DNA of 64,000 bases, from NCBI GenBank assembly GCA_964461905.1, contig CAYWVI010000001.1:8783-72782 (forward strand), given 5' to 3'. The notes beneath the pieces are model-generated. The model had not been told where the DNA came from. It saw nothing but the letters and a program-made list of their open reading frames with translations, and did no database searches. The DNA comes from an uncultured Rhizobium sp. GTDB lineage: Bacteria > Pseudomonadota > Alphaproteobacteria > Rickettsiales > UBA1997. The stretch's first letter is position 1. Every line of letters starts with the position of its first letter. A program made the translations under genes and the position numbers. Shown one piece after another: positions 59,303 to 64,000 of this stretch.

Positions 59303-60103
59303 ATGATAAATTTTCCGATAATTCTTCCAGAACTTGATCCGATTGCAATTTCACTTGGACCAATTGCAATACGTTGGTATTCCCTAGCCTATATTGTTGG
59401 AATTTTATTTACTCTTTCTTGGCTAAAAATATGCAATAAAAAAGAAAGATTTATGTCTAACGAAGCCTATGATGATTGGTTGTTTTGGGCTGTTTTATCG
59501 GTTTTGTTTGGTGGCAGAATTGGCTATGTTTTATTTTATAATCCATATTACTTCTTATCAAACCCACTTGAAATTTTTGCTTTCTGGCAAGGTGGAATGT
59601 CTTTTCACGGCGGACTTTGTGGCGCAATATTTGGCATGTGGCTATTTGCTAAAAAATATCACGTAAATTTTCTTAAATTATCAGATCGCCTTGCGGTTGC
59701 TGCACCAGTTGGACTTTTTTTTGGAAGATTAACCAATTTTATAAATATGGAACTTTATGGTCGCGTCACCGGTTCCAACTTTGGCGTAATATTTCCAAAT
59801 GGAGGAGATTTACCTCGCCACCCAAGTCAACTTTATGAAGCAACTTTGGAAGGATTTGTTTTATTTGTAATTATGTTCTCTTTTTACAACCTAAGTAATC
59901 TTCGTAAAAATTATGGTTTTTTAAGCGGATTATTTTTAGCACTTTACGGAATTTTTAGAATGATTATTGAAAATTTCCGTGAACCTGACGAGCAAATTGG
60001 ATTTTTATTTCTTGAAACAACCATGGGACAGCTTCTATCTTTACCTCTGATTTTTTTTGGAATTTTATTGATTTTTTTAAGTCTTCAAAAGAAAAAAATT
60101 TAA
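59303..60103 (+). CDS. lgt: prolipoprotein diacylglyceryl transferase
   Basis: Polytopic protein with IRWYSLAYI, GGRIGYVLFY, GGMSFHGG, FGRLTNFINMELYGR and HPSQLYEA motifs. Confidence 0.9.
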   Translation: MINFPIILPELDPIAISLGPIAIRWYSLAYIVGILFTLSWLKICNKKERFMSNEAYDDWLFWAVLSVLFGGRIGYVLFYNPYYFLSNPLEIFAFWQGGMSFHGGLCGAIFGMWLFAKKYHVNFLKLSDRLAVAAPVGLFFGRLTNFINMELYGRVTGSNFGVIFPNGGDLPRHPSQLYEATLEGFVLFVIMFSFYNLSNLRKNYGFLSGLFLALYGIFRMIIENFREPDEQIGFLFLETTMGQLLSLPLIFFGILLIFLSLQKKKI

Positions 60104-60238
60104 AAAAAATCTTGCCAACTTTTCACCTCATATTGCTCTAGCTTTTAAAAAAAAATATGCTGATGAGCCTTTGTAAATAAAGGATAAAAACCATATACCA
60201 AAATTTGAGTTCACTGGTTTTTAACTTCCAAGCTAGTC

Positions 60239-60275
60239 AAGTTATTTATTTTCAAAAAATGAAAATAAATAACTT
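60239..60275. repeat. perfect 15-bp inverted repeat (AT-rich hairpin or palindromic site) in the lgt-rhodanese intergenic region
   Basis: AAGTTATTTATTTTC, 7-nt loop AAAAAAT, GAAAATAAATAACTT. Confidence 0.6.
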
Positions 60276-60373
60276 TACTTGCCCAAGCATAACTGCGAAA
60301 AATATCTCAACTTATTTACAAATTTTTACGGTTAAAAGCTGTCCGCTTTTCCTCATTTTAGATTCTTTAAAAA

Positions 60374-60805
60374 ATGCCAGTTACCGAAATTTCAGCCAAA
60401 GACGCTTTTTCTATATTAACAAGTGATTCAAACTCTGTTTTGATAGATGTTAGAACCTCAGAAGAAACAACTTTTGTAGGTGTTCCTGATAAATCTGAAA
60501 TTGATGACAGGCTAATTCTCTTGCCTTGGAAATTATTTCCCGACATGCGAATTAACCCACAATTCACAGGCACACTTACTGACTATTTAAAACAAGAATT
60601 TGGCGACAATGCCATAAATGCTAAATTATTCTTCATGTGCCGCAGCGGTGCAAGATCTGAACAAGCAGCATATCATATCTCTACTCTTGGTTTTGAAAAT
60701 TGTTATAACATTACATCTGGTTTTGAAGGAGATATAGATTTCAACGGTCATCGTGGCAATGTTAATGGCTGGAAAGCTTCTAATCTTCCTTGGAAACAAT
60801 CTTAA
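60374..60805 (+). CDS. single-domain rhodanese-like sulfurtransferase
   Basis: 143 aa with VLIDVRTSEE and the active-site loop FMCRSGARS. Confidence 0.8.
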   Translation: MPVTEISAKDAFSILTSDSNSVLIDVRTSEETTFVGVPDKSEIDDRLILLPWKLFPDMRINPQFTGTLTDYLKQEFGDNAINAKLFFMCRSGARSEQAAYHISTLGFENCYNITSGFEGDIDFNGHRGNVNGWKASNLPWKQS

Positions 60806-62232
60806 TGCTTCAACAACCTCTTAAAAATACAGCATTATTAAACCAAGATTTTTCCCAATCTTTTTTGCCAGAATTTTTGTCTCTTTGCAAATTAGAATTT
60901 GGTGAAAACAACTTTGAAAAATGGTTTGCGGGATTAGAAATTTTCTCTCTATCAGAAAGTGAGGTTGTGTTATCTACCTCTTCAAAATTTGTTCGTGATT
61001 GGGTTATTCGTGAATTTATCGAAACTAAATCCAATCAAAAAAATCTAAAATCATTAGCACAAATTATTAGTCCACAAATCAAAAAAGTGACAATAATTTA
61101 TGTTGCAAAACTTCAAGATGAACTAACTCCAAATATTTCTCAATCTGAGCAAAAAGTTGTTAGTCTTTCAAAGCATGATAATGTTTTTGCTTTTGGCACA
61201 GAATTAAATTCGCGCTATGTTTTTGATCAATTTATTGAAGTAAAATACAATAAATTAGCGGTTTCAATGGCTAAAATTGCCGCTGGAGTTGATAACCAAA
61301 TTAGTCTTTTTGATGATAAAATTCCTCTTTTTATTCATGGAAATGTAGGAATGGGAAAAACGCATCTAGCACAAGCAATTGCTTGGAAAATTAAAGAATT
61401 CAATAAATCAAAAAAAGTAGTTTATCTTTCTGCTGAAAAATTCATGTATCACTTTGTTCAGTCAATTCGTGGAAATGATGTAATGAGCTTTAAAGAAAAA
61501 ATGCGCTCAATTGACGTTTTAATCGTTGATGATGTTCAGTTTATAGCTGGAAAAGAAAGCACTCAGCAAGAGTTTATGAATTGCTTTAACGCTCTTGTTG
61601 AAGACAATAAACAAGTTGTTTTGGTCTGTGACCGTTGTCCTTCTGACTTAGAAAACATTGATGAAAAACTTAAATCACGCATTTCTGGTGGCATGATTGT
61701 TAACTTCAAAAATCCTGATTACCAAGATCGTTTAGCAATTTTAAAGGCTAAATCAAAAATTATGGGACAAGAAGTTTGCGAAAAAATTCTGAGCTTTATC
61801 GCCGAAAAAATTACTACTTCCGTTCGTGATCTTGAAGGAGCTCTTAAAAAAATCATTGCTCAGAAAGTTTTTCTTGAAGAAGAAATCACTTTAGAAAGCA
61901 CCAAAAATGTTTTGGCAGATTATGTTCGAGCTTCAAATAACTTAGCTCCAACCATTGAAAAAATTCAAAAAACCGTTTGTGCTTTTTATGGAATTAAAGT
62001 TTCTGATTTAAACTCAACTAAACGAGAAAGATCAATTGCTCGCCCAAGACAAATTGCAATGTATTTAGCAAAAAACTTAACAACTCTAAGTTTACCTGCA
62101 ATTGGCAAAGAATTTGGCAATAAGAATCATGCTACTGTAATTCACTCAGTAAAAATGGTAAATGAATTTATAAACCAAAACCAACAAATCCTCCAAGAAA
62201 TCAAAACTCTTGAAGAAAAAATCCGCAGCTAA
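60805..62232 (+). CDS. dnaA: chromosomal replication initiator protein DnaA
   Basis: AAA+ Walker A GNVGMGKTHL, box VII/sensor motifs, and a C-terminal DNA-binding domain (IARPRQIAMYLAKNLT...HATVIHSV). ATG 60805 (TAATG overlap with the rhodanese stop) is preferred over TTG 60790. Confidence 0.92.
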   Translation: MLQQPLKNTALLNQDFSQSFLPEFLSLCKLEFGENNFEKWFAGLEIFSLSESEVVLSTSSKFVRDWVIREFIETKSNQKNLKSLAQIISPQIKKVTIIYVAKLQDELTPNISQSEQKVVSLSKHDNVFAFGTELNSRYVFDQFIEVKYNKLAVSMAKIAAGVDNQISLFDDKIPLFIHGNVGMGKTHLAQAIAWKIKEFNKSKKVVYLSAEKFMYHFVQSIRGNDVMSFKEKMRSIDVLIVDDVQFIAGKESTQQEFMNCFNALVEDNKQVVLVCDRCPSDLENIDEKLKSRISGGMIVNFKNPDYQDRLAILKAKSKIMGQEVCEKILSFIAEKITTSVRDLEGALKKIIAQKVFLEEEITLESTKNVLADYVRASNNLAPTIEKIQKTVCAFYGIKVSDLNSTKRERSIARPRQIAMYLAKNLTTLSLPAIGKEFGNKNHATVIHSVKMVNEFINQNQQILQEIKTLEEKIRS

Positions 62233-63155
62233 TTTCCAAACATCATCTCGTCTTCATATTCGCCTTCATATCCATTTTTATAATCAAAACCTAAACTAAG
62301 AGATGAAAAAAGTTTTTCTTTTCTAGGCTCCTCTGACAACAACTCAAATCCTTCATCTAGCAACATTTTGGTTAATTGGTCTCGTTTTATAACGCTTTCA
62401 CAACCCATTAATATTGATATTACACGTTTATCACCTTTCTTTGCAGCACTTATTAAATTAAATCCAGAAGCATTTGTAAAACCTGTTTTTAAACCTTCCG
62501 CACCTTTATAATTTACCAAAACATGATTGTGAGTTTCGTATTTTGCACCAAGTCGATCAAATTCTTTTATAGAAAATAAATGATAATATTGTGGAAATTC
62601 TTTCTTAATTGATTTTGCTAAACGGGCTAAATCAAAAGCTGTTGTATATTGTCCTTCTTCATGCAAGCCAGTAGAATTACGAAAACTGCTATTAGTCATT
62701 CCAAGTTGTTTGGCTTTTTCATTCATTTTTTCAACAAATTTCCATTCATCTCCAGCCACAGCTTCTGACAAAACAATTGCTGCTTCGTTAAATGATTTGA
62801 CAATAACAGCTTCAATTGCCTGACGAACTGAAATTTCATCTCCTTGTTTTAAACGCATCGTGTTAACCTTATTAACATTAGCAACTTCTTCACCTCTTTC
62901 AGAAACAATAATTTTTTGATCAATTTTCAATTTTCCTTTTTCTAAAGCCTCAAAGGTTAAATAAAGCGTCATCAATTTTACCAAAGATGCTGGATAAGCA
63001 TATTGAGATGCGCGTTTTTGAAATAAAATATTGCCAGTTTTATCTTCGAAGACCACAGCAGAATAGTTTTTACCACAGCTATATTTGGTAAGTTCCAAAG
63101 CCTGAACTTCAAATGAAAATATAATTAAAAAGATGATTAAAAAAATTTCTTTCAT
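62229..63155 (-). CDS. D-alanyl-D-alanine carboxypeptidase (PBP5/6-like, peptidase S11)
   Basis: Signal peptide, SxxK motif (PASLVKLMT), SxN-like motif (SFNEAA) and KTG motif (LKTGFT). Confidence 0.85.
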   Translation of the reverse strand: MKEIFLIIFLIIFSFEVQALELTKYSCGKNYSAVVFEDKTGNILFQKRASQYAYPASLVKLMTLYLTFEALEKGKLKIDQKIIVSERGEEVANVNKVNTMRLKQGDEISVRQAIEAVIVKSFNEAAIVLSEAVAGDEWKFVEKMNEKAKQLGMTNSSFRNSTGLHEEGQYTTAFDLARLAKSIKKEFPQYYHLFSIKEFDRLGAKYETHNHVLVNYKGAEGLKTGFTNASGFNLISAAKKGDKRVISILMGCESVIKRDQLTKMLLDEGFELLSEEPRKEKLFSSLSLGFDYKNGYEGEYEDEMMFGN

Positions 63156-64000
63156 AATAAACGTGTAATCTCTTCAGATGCTTTACTACTAGGACTTTGC
63201 TTAAAATTTAAACCCATTAAATTCAAAGCTTCTTGGCTTTCTGATATTTGTTTTTGCGCTAAATTTTTATTACTCATTAATTTTTCTAACACATTAGCCA
63301 TCTTTTCTCCTGAGCAATTTTTCTGCAACATTTCAGGAATTACTTCTTTGTTTAAAATCAAATTAACCAAATTTGCAAAATTGATTTTTATCATTCTTTT
63401 GATCAAAAAATAAGTAAGAAAGTTCAGTTTATAAACCACAATCATAGGAATTTGATAAAGCGAAAGCTCTACAGTATTTGTTCCTGATTTTGCCAAAGCA
63501 AAATCACTAGCAAAAAAAGCTGCTTCTTTTTCTTCTTTTTCAATTAAAAAATATTCAACTTGTAAAGATTTCGACATCTCACCAACAAGCTGTCGAGTCT
63601 TGTCGCTTAAAGGAATAACAATTTTTAAATCTGATATTTTTGATGCTAAATTATTAGTAGCCAAAATCATTTCAGGAAAAATTCTTGTTACTTCACCATT
63701 TCTACTTCCTGGCATTAAACACAGAATTTTAGAGCTTTCACTGACATTATATTTTTTTCTAAAATCTAAATTGACTGAATTCTTTTTAGAAAAATCTGGC
63801 GCATTTTCTACAATTGGATGACCAATAAAAACCGTCTTCAAACCATATTTCTCAAAATATGGCGGCTCGAAAGGCAAAATTGCCAAAAGCAAATCATAAA
63901 ACTTAGCAATCTTTTTTGCTCGACCTTCACGATAAGCCCAAACTGAAGGTGCAATTAAATGAACTTTTTTTATCTGGTGAAAATTTTTAATTTTTTTTAT
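63152..64000 (-). CDS. lpxB: lipid-A-disaccharide synthase (N-terminus lies outside the window)
   Basis: The reading frame stays open to nt 64000 (…IAPSVWAYREGRAKKIAKFYDLLLAILPFEPPYFEKYG…), which is the typical LpxB pattern. 4-nt overlap with the carboxypeptidase gene. Confidence 0.85.
   Translation of the reverse strand: MKKIKNFHQIKKVHLIAPSVWAYREGRAKKIAKFYDLLLAILPFEPPYFEKYGLKTVFIGHPIVENAPDFSKKNSVNLDFRKKYNVSESSKILCLMPGSRNGEVTRIFPEMILATNNLASKISDLKIVIPLSDKTRQLVGEMSKSLQVEYFLIEKEEKEAAFFASDFALAKSGTNTVELSLYQIPMIVVYKLNFLTYFLIKRMIKINFANLVNLILNKEVIPEMLQKNCSGEKMANVLEKLMSNKNLAQKQISESQEALNLMGLNFKQSPSSKASEEITRLL

Noticed and set aside
60205-60426. 73-aa ORF in the lgt-rhodanese intergenic region
   Set aside because: It runs across the palindrome and into the rhodanese gene start in another frame, and its translation has no recognisable features. 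The region is treated as non-coding.
60104-60805. Replication origin (oriC) adjacent to dnaA
   Set aside because: Scanning by eye found no TTATCCACA-like DnaA boxes or AT-rich 13-mer arrays beyond the background AT-richness. This cannot be settled without a genome-wide skew and box scan.
1-64000. Alternative genetic code (TGA read as Trp), considered because of the low GC content
   Set aside because: Genes such as cstA and the ybdD-like ORF end at TGA exactly where homologues end. Long conserved ORFs are not interrupted under the standard bacterial code.

Overview
AT-rich, very gene-dense chromosomal segment; many genes abut or overlap by ATGA/TAATG. I support about 58 protein-coding genes and one tRNA-Leu(CAA). 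I found no rRNA, CRISPR array, transposase, integrase or phage genes. Gene content suggests a streamlined alphaproteobacterium that keeps its own biosynthesis: an NDUFA12-like/MlaD/DUF2155 cluster, a PopZ-like DUF2497-type protein, class II DAHP synthase, and pur, aro, pro and car genes. I cannot assign a finer taxon. Most of the window is housekeeping (aroC, purD, lipA, phoU, tsaD, topA, infA, dxr, rbfA, dcd, cstA, era, ubiG, clpB, folK, ychF, mltA, uppP, rsmD, pheA, pgsA, xseB, purF, slt, rpe, murD, purE, recR, proA, carA, queF, lgt, dnaA, lpxB). Items worth a second look, in order of interest: (1) a roughly 1,980-aa secreted protein with about 90 cysteines between murD and purE, carrying a DxDxDG calcium-binding stretch and a C-terminal run of sushi/CCP-like modules. 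This is the best candidate for something undescribed. (2) An intact ORF encoding only the C-terminal third of DNA polymerase III alpha, 6 nt after uppP and downstream of the tRNA-Leu. (3) A 586-aa PopZ-like protein whose linker is expanded by near-identical 78-nt Asp/Glu/His repeats. (4) A tandem pair of divergent MrpD/NuoN-type membrane proteins with no partner subunits. (5) Two overlapping ORFs that together resemble a split, Cys-less CheD-like protein. (6) A 57-codon YbdD/YjiX-type ORF missing from the ORF track, overlapping the cstA stop. (7) An odd membrane protein with a Pro/Thr-rich stalk. All family assignments come from motif recognition by eye, not database searches.
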